Assembly (NCBI GenBank): GCA_044440125.1
Contig: JBITAJ010000012.1
Location: forward strand, 128,001-192,000
Origin: Sedimentisphaeraceae bacterium JB056
GTDB taxonomy: Bacteria; Planctomycetota; Phycisphaerae; Sedimentisphaerales; Sedimentisphaeraceae
Length of the DNA stretch: 64,000 bases
Direction of reading: 5' to 3'
Below the pieces are notes generated by a model, which made no database searches, was not told the DNA's origin, and worked only from the letters and a program-made list of their open reading frames with translations. How positions within the stretch are numbered: position 1 is the first letter of the stretch; every line of letters begins with the position of its first letter. Shown here piece after piece: positions 35,861-46,677 of this stretch. Position numbers and translations under genes: made by a program.

Positions 35861-37303
35861 TTGATGACCAGGACTTTTTTTTTGAAAGCCTTTTTGATTC
35901 TTTTCGTTTGTGGATTGACTGTTGCTGATATTAAGCTGCCTTCTGTGATAGGCAATAATATGGTTCTTCAGCAAAACAGTGATGCTTCTATCTGGGGATG
36001 GGGCAATGCCGGTGAGAAGGTGACTGTCGCCGGAAGTTGGCATAAAAAGATTTATTCAGCGATTGCTGACGAAGATGGCAAGTGGTCTGTTAAAGTTCTG
36101 ACTCCGAAAGCCGGCGGGCCTTACACACTGACAGTAAAAGGTGATAATCTAATCACTTTGAAAAATATTATGATCGGTGAGGTTTGGCTTTGCGGCGGAC
36201 AGTCTAATATGGCCATGACTTTTTACAGAGAGAAAAAGGCAGGCGATAAAACTATTGTTTACAAGATTGATAATCATGAGCAGGAACGTCTGGCAGCGGA
36301 TTATCCAGATATCAGAGTTTTACGTGCAAAAGCTAATCCCTGGCATTCAGAGACGCCGGTTGATGATGTGAGAGGTTCATGGCAGGTATGTGCTCCTGAT
36401 ATGGCGGAGAATATGCCGGCAGTGCCGTATTTTTTTGGCCGCGAGCTGCATAAAAAGCTTGATGTCCCTGTCGGGTTGATTGTAAACGCCGTACCGGCGA
36501 CCCGTGTTGAGCCATGGACTAACGCGGCAGGTTTTGATTCAGTACCGGAGCTTAAATCGATAGCCTCCGAGCTTAAAAAAGAAGACACTGTGCTTAAAGA
36601 CAAACCGGGTGTTCTTTACAATACCCTGGTTCATCCATTGGTCCCTTATGCGATTCGCGGAGCCATTTGGTATCAGGGTGAATCAAATCTTGGCGATCAC
36701 ATGATCTATTACCACAAGATGAGGGCGTTGATAAACGGCTGGCGAAAGGTCTGGGGACAGGGCGATTTCCCTTTCTATTTTGTGCAATTGGCGCCATGCG
36801 GCGGATTCTATGAAGATATGCAGTTGCCTAAATTGTGGGAAGCACAGGCAGCGGCACTTGATATAAAGAACACGGGTATGGCACTCAATAGCGATCTTAG
36901 CGATTTAGATTTGCATCCCGCTAATAAACAGGATGTAGGCAAACGACTGGCACAGTTGGCATTGGCTAAAAATTACGGTGTCAAAGGTATTGTTTATGAT
37001 GGACCTAGTTATAGATCAATGGAGGTTCAGGATAATAAAATTCGTATCAGCTTTAATAATGCCGGGGGCCCGCTTCAATCGAGAGACGGCAGGCCGCTGG
37101 ACTGGTTTACTATAGCAGGTGATGATAAAGTTTTTATTCCTGCTAAGGCAAAAATTGACGATGATGGAGTGGTGGTTTACAACGAAAAGATTACTCGACC
37201 GGTTGCCGTTCGTTTTGGTTGGAAAAAAGAAGCGCAGCCTAATCTGATGAATGCAGAAGGTTTGCCGGCTTATCCGTTCCGCACTGATGACTGGTCGTTA
37301 TAA
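35861..37303 (+). CDS. Sialate O-acetylesterase-like SGNH esterase
   Basis: NMVLQQ, GEVWLCGGQSNM, GAIWYQGESN, FYFVQLA, DLHPANK, PFRTDDW. Confidence 0.9.
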   Translation: MMTRTFFLKAFLILFVCGLTVADIKLPSVIGNNMVLQQNSDASIWGWGNAGEKVTVAGSWHKKIYSAIADEDGKWSVKVLTPKAGGPYTLTVKGDNLITLKNIMIGEVWLCGGQSNMAMTFYREKKAGDKTIVYKIDNHEQERLAADYPDIRVLRAKANPWHSETPVDDVRGSWQVCAPDMAENMPAVPYFFGRELHKKLDVPVGLIVNAVPATRVEPWTNAAGFDSVPELKSIASELKKEDTVLKDKPGVLYNTLVHPLVPYAIRGAIWYQGESNLGDHMIYYHKMRALINGWRKVWGQGDFPFYFVQLAPCGGFYEDMQLPKLWEAQAAALDIKNTGMALNSDLSDLDLHPANKQDVGKRLAQLALAKNYGVKGIVYDGPSYRSMEVQDNKIRISFNNAGGPLQSRDGRPLDWFTIAGDDKVFIPAKAKIDDDGVVVYNEKITRPVAVRFGWKKEAQPNLMNAEGLPAYPFRTDDWSL

Positions 37304-37383
37304 AAATAGATTTATTTTAGCATCTTGTTTAAGAGTTGATAGTTAGTGTAGTTATGCTTTAAAGCTAATAACAGGGAGATATT

Positions 37384-37497
37384 ATGCGTAAGTTTTTGGT
37401 CCTTTCATCTATTTTGATTTCAATAAACGTTTTTGCTGTCAGCGATAAGGAAATTAATTCACTCAAAGAATTGGTTAAAATATTAAATGCATACTAA
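37384..37497 (+). pseudogene. 37-aa remnant: signal peptide plus first residues of a SENH-family paralog
   Basis: RBS GGGAG; MRKFLVLSSILISINVFA-VSDKEINSLKE resembles FA-LTDQELNAVLDGF and GA-LNDEKIKALKDGF. Confidence 0.45.
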
Positions 37498-37556
37498 TTT
37501 GGTTGCATGTGTGTTTTATTGGTTGATTAATATCTTAAAATCATGAAAGTGAGAAA

Positions 37557-39155
37557 ATGTGCAGGGTTAAAGTAATTATTACGGTAATTTCTATGTTATT
37601 AACCGAATTTGTAATTGGAAGTACTATTGTCAGGGACTCGAATGTTTATGAAACACTCTCTCCGATACGCCAGGGTATAAAAGGTGTAACACCTTTCTGG
37701 AATGAATATGCCTTTCGATTTATTTATGTTCCGTCATTCAATTTTGAACCTGTTGATGGCGCTATAAAATATAAGTTTACTGCTACAGCTACAGATGGGG
37801 AAATGTATGAATTCTGTGCTCAACGTCCTGATGCACTGCTTACTCCGATATGGTTAGAACTTCCGATAGACCAGATAAAATTGAAGGTTGAAGCGATTGA
37901 TGCTGATGGCAAGATTATTTCTTTGGCAGGTGAGAGGGTGTTTGAGAAAGCTGCCCCCTATAATGGACCCTATAGGCAAGAGAAATATGACTATTCCAAA
38001 AGTGCCAGAAGGGCTATGGATGAATTCTTTAAGCTTGATATTGTAAAAGACTGGGGTAATACGGGTAAGCCATCGCCTGAGTATCAATACCGAAACAGGT
38101 ATGCGGCCAAAATGATGAGTGCTGTTGTTGATGGCGCAGCGCTTTATGCAAGTATGGAACCCAAGCCCGCTAATATTGATGAAGTCTTAAATATTGGTAA
38201 AGCAGCAGCAGATTATCTGCTCTCAATCCATTATCCTTCCGGCTCCCCGGTTGAAAATTTTCCGCCGACATACTACGGTATGGAAAAGGAAGGACACATG
38301 GATGTTAATAATTGTATGATTACAGAGGCAGCGAATGCAGGTCGTGCCTATCTTGATTTGTATAAAGCGACAGGTCTAAAAAAGTATCTTGAGGCCGGGC
38401 ATAAAATTGCGGATACCTACAAGAAATTGCAGCTTGCAAATGGAACGTGGTATCTTGTTGTTGATATAAAAACAGGCGAGCCTATTTTTAATAATTACGC
38501 CAACCCGCAGAGTATTATCAATTTTCTTGATGTTCTTATAAAAGATTACGGGCGTGATGATTTGGTTAGGGTTGTTAATAAAGCGGTCAAATGGACAATA
38601 GCTAATCCATGTAAGACATTCAACTGGCAGAATCAGTTTGAGGATATGGTGCCGGAGAAAGCGTATAAAAATTTATCCCGTGGCGAGGCGACAAGCTTTG
38701 CGCAGTGGCTCTTGCAAAATGCGGCAAAAGACCCTGTGTATATCGAGATGGCTAAAGAGATCATAATGTATTCCGAAGACCAGTTTGTTGTATGGTCAAA
38801 TCCGCCGATCAATACAAATAGACAAACTGAATATGTTTTGTTCCCTGCCGAATATTATTCAACGGACAAATGGATCATGCCTTGTGTTTGTGAGCAGTAT
38901 TTGTTTTGGCAGCCTGTTAATGCAAGTTCAGTAAGTATGATATCTGCTTACAGAAGTGCTTATGAACTTACCGGCGAAGAAATTTATATGGCAAAAGCTA
39001 AAGATTTGGCTGATTCAATAGTGTATGCTCAGGAAGAATATCACAGTGGCCGTTATCTTACATATCTTACGTCTGTTGAAAGGGATTACTGGATGAACTG
39101 TACTGTTGTATCTGCACGTGTAATGTATGCTTTTGGTGAGTTTGTTAAGAGATAA
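37557..39155 (+). CDS. Secreted hypothetical protein, probable (alpha/alpha)-barrel carbohydrate-active fold
   Basis: Signal-like N-terminus; repeated helical units AYLDLYKATGLKKYLEAGHKIAD, LQLANGTW, AYELTGEEIYMAKAKDLAD. Confidence 0.6.
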   Translation: MCRVKVIITVISMLLTEFVIGSTIVRDSNVYETLSPIRQGIKGVTPFWNEYAFRFIYVPSFNFEPVDGAIKYKFTATATDGEMYEFCAQRPDALLTPIWLELPIDQIKLKVEAIDADGKIISLAGERVFEKAAPYNGPYRQEKYDYSKSARRAMDEFFKLDIVKDWGNTGKPSPEYQYRNRYAAKMMSAVVDGAALYASMEPKPANIDEVLNIGKAAADYLLSIHYPSGSPVENFPPTYYGMEKEGHMDVNNCMITEAANAGRAYLDLYKATGLKKYLEAGHKIADTYKKLQLANGTWYLVVDIKTGEPIFNNYANPQSIINFLDVLIKDYGRDDLVRVVNKAVKWTIANPCKTFNWQNQFEDMVPEKAYKNLSRGEATSFAQWLLQNAAKDPVYIEMAKEIIMYSEDQFVVWSNPPINTNRQTEYVLFPAEYYSTDKWIMPCVCEQYLFWQPVNASSVSMISAYRSAYELTGEEIYMAKAKDLADSIVYAQEEYHSGRYLTYLTSVERDYWMNCTVVSARVMYAFGEFVKR

Positions 39156-39187
39156 AATTTATGTAAATAGGATCAGAAAGTATTATT

Positions 39188-42100
39188 GTGTGTATCAAAT
39201 TAGTTTTAGGTATGTTGTTGTTTTCAGCTGGATGGGTATATTCTTTTACGGCTCAGGAGTTGATTGAAATAAGAGATGGCTTTAACGCTCGTCGTGATGC
39301 GGCAATGGAACAAATGCGTGGTGAACCTTTGGTTATTGCTAAAAAGCTGCCTCCTCTCTCGCCGGGGCGAGGCCCATACACACGCAGCTTTGCCTGGTCG
39401 ATCACTGATTTCGCGATGAAGTCGTTATGGCTCAATGATCAGGTTGATACTGCCAACGAAGCACTCAAAACTTATAGTGAGTATTATATAAGCGACAAGA
39501 TCGGTCGCAATGACCGTGACAGTTTTTATTGGGCATCGGACTGTATTTGCAGAATCGTTGAGTTTTACGGACGTAACGGCTCGATAGCTCCGGGACGGCT
39601 TACGGCTGACACTGAAGATGCGATCCTTGATATGATGTGGCAGTATGCCAGAGAAAACTCAAAGGTTGATTCACTTGATGAGGTTTACGATGTGTACGCA
39701 AAGTGGGATTGGGGCAAAATGGGTGACGTGCCGTTGCCGGCGTCAGCAAATGTTGAACGTTCGAAAACATGGGATGTCATTGAATCTGAAAATCATCATA
39801 TGATGAAGCTTTCAACCCTGTGGCACTTTTCCAAACTATTGAGCAAATCAACTAAGTATCAGAAATTGAAATACGATGATGGGTTTGTAGCAGACGAACA
39901 TTATGCCGCATGGACTGAGTATGCGAAGGAATATTGCATCCAGAGGGCAAAGAAGGGTCTGTTTGTTGAAATGGCTGATGAAGGCTACAATGCGCAAACG
40001 CTCAAATTTCTTTACAACTATTATGACTTTGCCGATGATAAGGATTTGAGCAAGGTTGCCGGTAATCTGCTTACACTTTACTATGCCTCGTGGGCACAGG
40101 AGCAGATAGACGGAGTACGCGGCGGTGGTAAGAGCCGTATGTACGGCAAGAAAGACCACAGAGGTACGGGTCGCATAGGTGAATACATGTGGTTTTATGC
40201 GTCGATGGGTGAGCAACCGAAGGTTTCAGCGGAATTTTTCACTGTTATTACCAGCAGTTACAGGTTGCCGCTTATTGTTATAGATTTGGTATTGGATGTT
40301 CAGGGTAGGGGCGATTATGAGTTGTGGGAACGGCCTTTGGGACTTGCCAGGGATGGTTTTTATACCAATCCGCACTACAAGCTGCGAACTGATTATGGCG
40401 GTATCGTCCGTTACAGCTACTGTACCCCGGATTTTATAATGGGTCTGCCTATGGTCGAAGCAAGGCCGTTTGAGGACTGGGTGCTGATAAGCAGTCAAAG
40501 CCGTTGGCAGGGTGTTATTTTTGAAGGTGATCAGCTTGCGAGGATCTATCCGCAATGCAAACCTGATGATGGCAGTGTTTCGTTCAATCAGCAGTGGGGT
40601 GTGCAGAAGAAGGGAACCATGATCACGCAGCGATTGAGTGAGTCAATGGCTAAAGGTGCCGGTGCAATGCGGGTATGGTTTGGAAGCGATGGTTTAAGCG
40701 AACCTGTGGAAAATGACGGCTGGGCATTCTCGCAGTCTAAAGGTGCTTATGCCGCAGTTCGCCCTGCACGCGGAGGGTATTCATGGCAGCCATCTGATGT
40801 TTTACCTATAAAAGGGCGATGGATGACATTGGCTGATACCTTCTCTCCTGTTATAATTGAGGTTGCACAAAGAAGCGATTTTGCCGATTACAACGCGTTT
40901 CAAACGGCGGTAAAAGCACTGCCTTTACTTTGGAAGGGTGAGCAGCTCAACTTTACAGGTCTTGGCGGCCATACGTTTACTTTTTATGCCGATTACTCAC
41001 ATAGCCCAAAGATCGACGGCAAGCAGGTTGATTATGCACCTGAAAACGTTTTTAAGAGTCCATTCATTAATTCCAAATGGGATAGCGGAATCGTTACAAT
41101 AACAAAAGAGGGCAGAGAGCTTGTTCTTGATTTTGTCGATACTACCGGCGCTCTCAATGATGAAAAGATCAAGGCTTTGAAAGATGGTTTCGATGCAAGA
41201 AGCAAGAGTGTGCTTGAAAGTCAGGTGGCTTCGCCTTATCCGGGTATTGACACTTTTGTCTGGAACAAACAGGATTTTGCTCTTTCGGCATTGATGCTCA
41301 ATACAAGGCTTGACGATGCCAACAGGGCAGTAATTGAAGCTTGTGATTATATCCTCGAAAATGAAAAATGTCCTGTGGAGTGCAGTCTGCATTGGAATAT
41401 AAATTTGTTTTTCAGAATCTATGAATATTTCAATGCTGAAAGTTCGCATTATCCGGGCAGACTAAGCTCTGAAGCAGAGAAAAAAATAATCGATGTTATG
41501 TGGTTCTGGCTTGAGAGCAATTCGAAGATTTCCGATGCGGATATTGCAAATTATAAGACATGGCGGATATGGGGAAGTGAAAATCATGATGGGATGAAGA
41601 ATACCTCAAATTGGTCGGCGGCTAAAGTGCTTTCGCGTTTGCCGCAGTATCGTGATAAGAAATGCAAGGACGGCAAGAGTGTTGAAAAGCATTACGCCGT
41701 TTGGACGGATTACTTCAAGGAATATCTCAGGGAACGGGCCATAAGAGGCGGGCTTATTGAGGATGGAGCTCATTCGTATTCAAAGTATACGCTTCAGGGC
41801 TGGTATAACTTCTATGACTTCGCCGATGATCCGGTACTTCAAAAACGTGCTGAATATTCGCTTGATCTTTGGTGGACTTGCTGGGCTCTTGAACAGATTG
41901 AAGGGTTAAGGGGGTCTGCAAAGTCGCGTACTTACCATGATGCCTTGCAGCCATTCAGGGATAATGCCTATGGGATGTGCTGGTTCTATTTTGGTATTGG
42001 TACTCCAAGAAGCAAGCATCCGGGAATTATGTGTTTGGCCGCAAGTGAATATAAGCCTGCCGATATTATATATGATATCGCTTTGGATATCGACGGCAGA

Positions 42101-42919
42101 GGTGAATATGAATTTTATACGAGGAAGCTTGGTCGTGTGAGCGTGCCCGTTGAGGTTGATGGACACAATCCGATTTATATTTTTGATACCGATAAAGGCG
42201 GGCTTGTAAAATATACTTATGTCTGTCAGGATTTTGTGATGGGTAGCTTTCTGCAGAAAAAATTGAATCATGATACAGATTGGGCCTGGATAAGCGATCA
42301 GAATCGCTGGAGCGGGGTTGTGTTTAAGGGAGGTAAAGATGCGGCGGTTATTCCTTCATGTGATGCGATGAGAAGTAATAACCGTACTAATTACAATCAG
42401 TATATTGGTGTGCAGAAAAATGGTGCAATGTTGGTTCGCAAGATATTTGAAGGTTCTGTTGCTGTAGGTGATATGCGTGTCTATTTTGGAAACGATATGA
42501 ATGCGAGGCTGTTTAATGATACGTTTGTCGCAGCATCATGTGAGAATGGTTATGTCTTTGCAAAACCAGCATGGGGAAAGCTCGAGATGGTTGATGATAA
42601 CTGGTATCGGATGAGTGACTCCAAGTCGCCGCTGATTATAGAGGCTACAGGTAAAGAGGGTTCGATGGAAGAGTTTGTCAGAAAAGCTGCCGCTTCTAAT
42701 GTTGTTGTTGATAAGGATAAAACAAAAGCTGTGTACAAAACTTTTGATGGACACAAACTTTGTCTTTATTTTGATGATAAGCTTTCGGAAATCGATGATA
42801 AGCCAATTGAATTATACCCTGACTTTACATACAAAAGCCCTTATCTAAATTCAAAATGGGGCGATGGGAAAATAGTTATTCAAAAAGGTGAAAGAAAAAA
42901 GATATTAGATTTCAATTAA
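39188..42919 (+). CDS. SENH-family paralog 3, tandem two-domain fusion
   Basis: IESENH and WGSENH; both full motif sets; junction LVLDF-VDTTGA-LNDEKIK near 41120-41175. Confidence 0.72.
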   Translation: MCIKLVLGMLLFSAGWVYSFTAQELIEIRDGFNARRDAAMEQMRGEPLVIAKKLPPLSPGRGPYTRSFAWSITDFAMKSLWLNDQVDTANEALKTYSEYYISDKIGRNDRDSFYWASDCICRIVEFYGRNGSIAPGRLTADTEDAILDMMWQYARENSKVDSLDEVYDVYAKWDWGKMGDVPLPASANVERSKTWDVIESENHHMMKLSTLWHFSKLLSKSTKYQKLKYDDGFVADEHYAAWTEYAKEYCIQRAKKGLFVEMADEGYNAQTLKFLYNYYDFADDKDLSKVAGNLLTLYYASWAQEQIDGVRGGGKSRMYGKKDHRGTGRIGEYMWFYASMGEQPKVSAEFFTVITSSYRLPLIVIDLVLDVQGRGDYELWERPLGLARDGFYTNPHYKLRTDYGGIVRYSYCTPDFIMGLPMVEARPFEDWVLISSQSRWQGVIFEGDQLARIYPQCKPDDGSVSFNQQWGVQKKGTMITQRLSESMAKGAGAMRVWFGSDGLSEPVENDGWAFSQSKGAYAAVRPARGGYSWQPSDVLPIKGRWMTLADTFSPVIIEVAQRSDFADYNAFQTAVKALPLLWKGEQLNFTGLGGHTFTFYADYSHSPKIDGKQVDYAPENVFKSPFINSKWDSGIVTITKEGRELVLDFVDTTGALNDEKIKALKDGFDARSKSVLESQVASPYPGIDTFVWNKQDFALSALMLNTRLDDANRAVIEACDYILENEKCPVECSLHWNINLFFRIYEYFNAESSHYPGRLSSEAEKKIIDVMWFWLESNSKISDADIANYKTWRIWGSENHDGMKNTSNWSAAKVLSRLPQYRDKKCKDGKSVEKHYAVWTDYFKEYLRERAIRGGLIEDGAHSYSKYTLQGWYNFYDFADDPVLQKRAEYSLDLWWTCWALEQIEGLRGSAKSRTYHDALQPFRDNAYGMCWFYFGIGTPRSKHPGIMCLAASEYKPADIIYDIALDIDGRGEYEFYTRKLGRVSVPVEVDGHNPIYIFDTDKGGLVKYTYVCQDFVMGSFLQKKLNHDTDWAWISDQNRWSGVVFKGGKDAAVIPSCDAMRSNNRTNYNQYIGVQKNGAMLVRKIFEGSVAVGDMRVYFGNDMNARLFNDTFVAASCENGYVFAKPAWGKLEMVDDNWYRMSDSKSPLIIEATGKEGSMEEFVRKAAASNVVVDKDKTKAVYKTFDGHKLCLYFDDKLSEIDDKPIELYPDFTYKSPYLNSKWGDGKIVIQKGERKKILDFN

Positions 42920-42936
42920 TGTGATTGTTGAATATT

Positions 42937-44670
42937 ATGCAAAGACGTAATTTTATAAAATTGATGGCCGGTACTGCTTTTTTAGGAGCGGGCGGATGCA
43001 GCATGAATCTTGGCAGAGAAGATGGGGCCGTTCGTAACAGACCGAATGTGATCTTGTTTTTGACTGACGATCAGGGCTACAGTGATGTTGGTTTCAATGG
43101 CAACAAGATTGTGAAGACACCGAACATCGATAAGTTCGCTTCGCAAGGAACTGTATTTGATCGTTGTTATGTATGCCCTGTTTGTTCACCGACTCGCGCG
43201 AGTCTTATGACCGGCCGTTATCATTTCAGGACCGGTGTCCTCGATACGCAGGGGGGCGTCTCAATGCTCAAGCCAGGTGAGGTTACCATTGCCGAAGCCT
43301 TGAAAAGTGCGGGTTACAAAACCGGCATGTTCGGCAAATGGCACCTGGGGGATAACTGTCCTACACGTCCGATAGATCAGGGATTCGATCATTCGCTTAC
43401 TCATGTTGGCGGAATGATCGGCGCTCCTTACAACCCGCTTGATGCCAACAGTTATTTCGAACCCGTCTTGCTTGAAGATGGCATCGAAAAGAAATTCAGT
43501 GGTTACTGTTGTGATATTTTTGCCGATGCGGCGATAGATTTTATTGATGCAAATAAAAATGACCCTTTCTTTATTTATCTTGCACCAAATACGCCGCACC
43601 ATCCATTGACGGTTCCGGAAAAATATGCTGAGCCTTACAAAAAAGCAGGGCTCAGTGAGGAAACCTCTCGTTTTTACGGCATGATTACCAATATTGATGA
43701 TAATTTCAAAAAGCTGACTGATAAGCTTAAGTCGTTGAATATTCTTGATAACACCGTGATAATCTTTCTTGGTGACAACGGTACTTCGAGTCTGCATAAG
43801 CAGGATGATCTCTGGGAATGCGGTCTGCGTGGCCGTAAGACATACGTGTATGAAAACGGTATTCGCGTGCCTATGTTTATTTGTATGTCAAATAATATGA
43901 AAGCAGGGCTGAGGGTAAATGATATTTGTGACGGCATAGATATCATGCCTACGATACTCGACCTTTGCGATGTTCAGAAGCCGGCAAAAGTGAATTTTGA
44001 CGGCATAACCCTTGCCCCATTTATAAGAGACGACAAGGCTAAGCTGCCTGATCGAAATGTTTATATTCAGTGGCACAGGGGGGCTAAGCCTGACAAATAC
44101 CGTAACTTCGCGGTCATAACAGATAAGTATAAGCTTGTTCAAAGCGGGGGACGAGCCGGTCTTGATTTTGATGCTTCAGAGATAAAATACGAACTTTATG
44201 ATATTAAGGAAGATCCTTTCGAGAAAAATGACATCTCGGACGAGCACCCACATATTGTTGCCCGGCTAAAGAGTGATTACGATAGATGGTATGAAAGTGT
44301 GGTTGCCGCAAGCAATTTTACTCCGACAAGAATTTTTATTGGCAGTGAATGTGAAAATCCCGTAATGCTTACCCGTCAGGACTGGCAGGGCGGCGGGCTC
44401 TTTGACGGCGATTACGGCTTTTACGACCTTGATATTAAAACTTCCGGAGATTATCGGATAACCTGCCGACTTACCGATATGCTTCACGAAACGCATACTG
44501 TAACATTGAAAATAGACGATCAGGTATATAAGAAAGATATCCTATATGCTGAATCCCAGTGCCGTTTTGATAGTATTGAGTTGCAAGAGGGCCCGGCGAG
44601 TCTTGAAGCCTGGGTTGATATGGATGGCAAAAAGTATGGTTTCAGGTTTATAACTATAGAGAAACTTTAA
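42937..44670 (+). CDS. Formylglycine-dependent (S1) sulfatase, Tat/lipoprotein signal
   Basis: QRRNFIK...AGGC; TDDQG; CSPTR; GKWHLG; PHHP; GDNG. Confidence 0.92.
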   Translation: MQRRNFIKLMAGTAFLGAGGCSMNLGREDGAVRNRPNVILFLTDDQGYSDVGFNGNKIVKTPNIDKFASQGTVFDRCYVCPVCSPTRASLMTGRYHFRTGVLDTQGGVSMLKPGEVTIAEALKSAGYKTGMFGKWHLGDNCPTRPIDQGFDHSLTHVGGMIGAPYNPLDANSYFEPVLLEDGIEKKFSGYCCDIFADAAIDFIDANKNDPFFIYLAPNTPHHPLTVPEKYAEPYKKAGLSEETSRFYGMITNIDDNFKKLTDKLKSLNILDNTVIIFLGDNGTSSLHKQDDLWECGLRGRKTYVYENGIRVPMFICMSNNMKAGLRVNDICDGIDIMPTILDLCDVQKPAKVNFDGITLAPFIRDDKAKLPDRNVYIQWHRGAKPDKYRNFAVITDKYKLVQSGGRAGLDFDASEIKYELYDIKEDPFEKNDISDEHPHIVARLKSDYDRWYESVVAASNFTPTRIFIGSECENPVMLTRQDWQGGGLFDGDYGFYDLDIKTSGDYRITCRLTDMLHETHTVTLKIDDQVYKKDILYAESQCRFDSIELQEGPASLEAWVDMDGKKYGFRFITIEKL

Positions 44671-44736
44671 GTTATGAAAAAGGGATATACGGAAAATTGA
44701 TTTAACGGAATTTGAAAAAAATTGCAGAGGAAGTTT

Positions 44737-46632
44737 ATGAAACTATATTTATCAAATATTTCAACCGCATTAGCGTTGGTTTTCGTTTTATCACTGAATG
44801 TATCGGCAGTTGAGAAAAAAAGACTTGATCAATACGAGGCGGTTGTCTTTTCGGGATATTATAAAACCGCGGAACAATTCGAGGCTTTTGCCGTGGAGGC
44901 AAAGGAATTGGGTGCCACTCATGTGATTATCAGTTCCGGTTTGCCATTGGGAATGTGGAAGTATGATACCCCGGGTGATCCATACCCGGCGTGGCTGGAG
45001 CACCAGGTAGGGCTTTTAGAAATATTTCCACCGCAGGCGATTCGTGAGCATATTCCCCAATCACGGACACAGGCTCTCCAGTGCGAGTTAAAAAGTCGCA
45101 GTGAGATACTTCGTCGTCTTGGGCTGCGAGCGATGTTCGGCAACAATGAGCCCCAAGTCGTGCCGGAGGGCATTTTCGAGGATCATCCGTTATGGCGAGG
45201 CCCTCGGGTTGACCATACACTTCGTTCACGGGTGCCTCGTTTTGCGATGAACGTAGATAACCCGGATGTTCTTGCCTTGTATAGAGAGGCGGCGGAAAAA
45301 CTTATTGCCAACTATCCTGAAATCGATCTTTACAGGTTAGTTACTACTGATGCCGGTTCCGGGTTTGACTGGAGTCCGGGGTTGTATCCCGGCATTAACG
45401 GCAACACCCTGTATAAGGATCGTCCAATGTTCGATCGAGTCAACGGCTTTTTACAGGCATTGCGGTCGGGTGCCCGTGCAAGCGGAGGCAGCCTGGATAT
45501 CAATGTTGTTCCCATTAAGCCATATTCATGGATGATACCAAGCTTTGAGAATTACTCGCAGTATGCCTTGCGTTTCGATGAAGGGCTGGCGATGGCAAAT
45601 CTTGAAGGCTCTGATGCTTCGCCGTTCATGTCAAATGCTGGGATTTCGTGGAATTGGAATTTCTTTTTCCCTGTGGCAGGTTTAGAGCAGCCCGTATCTG
45701 TGTTGCGTCAATTGGTCTCCGCCGCTGACAGCCTGGCACCGCGGCTGATGATGACGCTCGACCCCTGGACCGGAGATTTGTATCCGACGCTTTTTGAGCG
45801 TTTCTGGAAGGAGCCTGCAAAGAACGAAATTGAACAATTGGAGTTGCTGCGTGAAATAGCTGCCCGGCGTGTTGGCGATAAACACGCCGACAATCTGTTA
45901 AAAGTGTGGCTGGCAACCGACGATGCTCTCAAAAGCGCGAGCGTCTTGAAGATTCACATGCCGCTGATGACCGGAGGCGTGCACCAGCGTTGGCTGATAA
46001 GGCCTCTGGTGCCTATGCCTGAGCTTTTAACACCTCAGGAAACGCGATATTACGACCAGTATGTTTTTCAGGCATTGGATGAGGGCCATGCCGCAAATTA
46101 CGCTGATCTGCAGGCTACGCAGGTTTATGGCGGCTGGGAAGGTAAGTTTTTCGTTGAGCAGATCACTTTCAATGTTAATAATGATCTAAATCGTGCCCGC
46201 AAATATCTGGCTCCGATCATTGAAGATCTTTCAGGGCCGATGAAAAAGAACTACCAATTGCTGGATCTTCGTCTGCAAGCGGCTAACTGCATTGTTAATA
46301 ACGTGCGGCATTTCGCAAGCTACCAGGGACAATTGGATCGCGTTAAAGATTTGCAGATAAAACCCCAGTACCATCCGGTACTGGGCACACAAAGCAATTG
46401 GGATAGAACTCTCATTATGAACACGGCACGCGAGGAGCTTGACAATACCGCTCTTTTGATCGACATTCTGCAACGAACCTCAGAGACGGTCATTATTACT
46501 GCTGAAACACCTGAAGAAGAACGTATTCGGATGTTAGGCCCTGAATTGATCTGGCAACTGCAAAAAAAGTTAAAGATCATGAATTCGCACTGGAATGATT
46601 ACGATCGCATCTTCACCCGACCCAATCCATAG
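44737..46632 (+). CDS. Secreted hypothetical protein, family B paralog 1 (homolog of 54110)
   Basis: Signal peptide; AKELGATH, GDPYPAW, NEPQ, RGPRVD, TTDAGSGFDWSPGLYPG, C-terminal PNP. Confidence 0.65.
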   Translation: MKLYLSNISTALALVFVLSLNVSAVEKKRLDQYEAVVFSGYYKTAEQFEAFAVEAKELGATHVIISSGLPLGMWKYDTPGDPYPAWLEHQVGLLEIFPPQAIREHIPQSRTQALQCELKSRSEILRRLGLRAMFGNNEPQVVPEGIFEDHPLWRGPRVDHTLRSRVPRFAMNVDNPDVLALYREAAEKLIANYPEIDLYRLVTTDAGSGFDWSPGLYPGINGNTLYKDRPMFDRVNGFLQALRSGARASGGSLDINVVPIKPYSWMIPSFENYSQYALRFDEGLAMANLEGSDASPFMSNAGISWNWNFFFPVAGLEQPVSVLRQLVSAADSLAPRLMMTLDPWTGDLYPTLFERFWKEPAKNEIEQLELLREIAARRVGDKHADNLLKVWLATDDALKSASVLKIHMPLMTGGVHQRWLIRPLVPMPELLTPQETRYYDQYVFQALDEGHAANYADLQATQVYGGWEGKFFVEQITFNVNNDLNRARKYLAPIIEDLSGPMKKNYQLLDLRLQAANCIVNNVRHFASYQGQLDRVKDLQIKPQYHPVLGTQSNWDRTLIMNTAREELDNTALLIDILQRTSETVIITAETPEEERIRMLGPELIWQLQKKLKIMNSHWNDYDRIFTRPNP

Positions 46633-46677
46633 GGTTTGATTTGCTCCATCAATAAAAGTGGAAGATTTGATAAGAAA

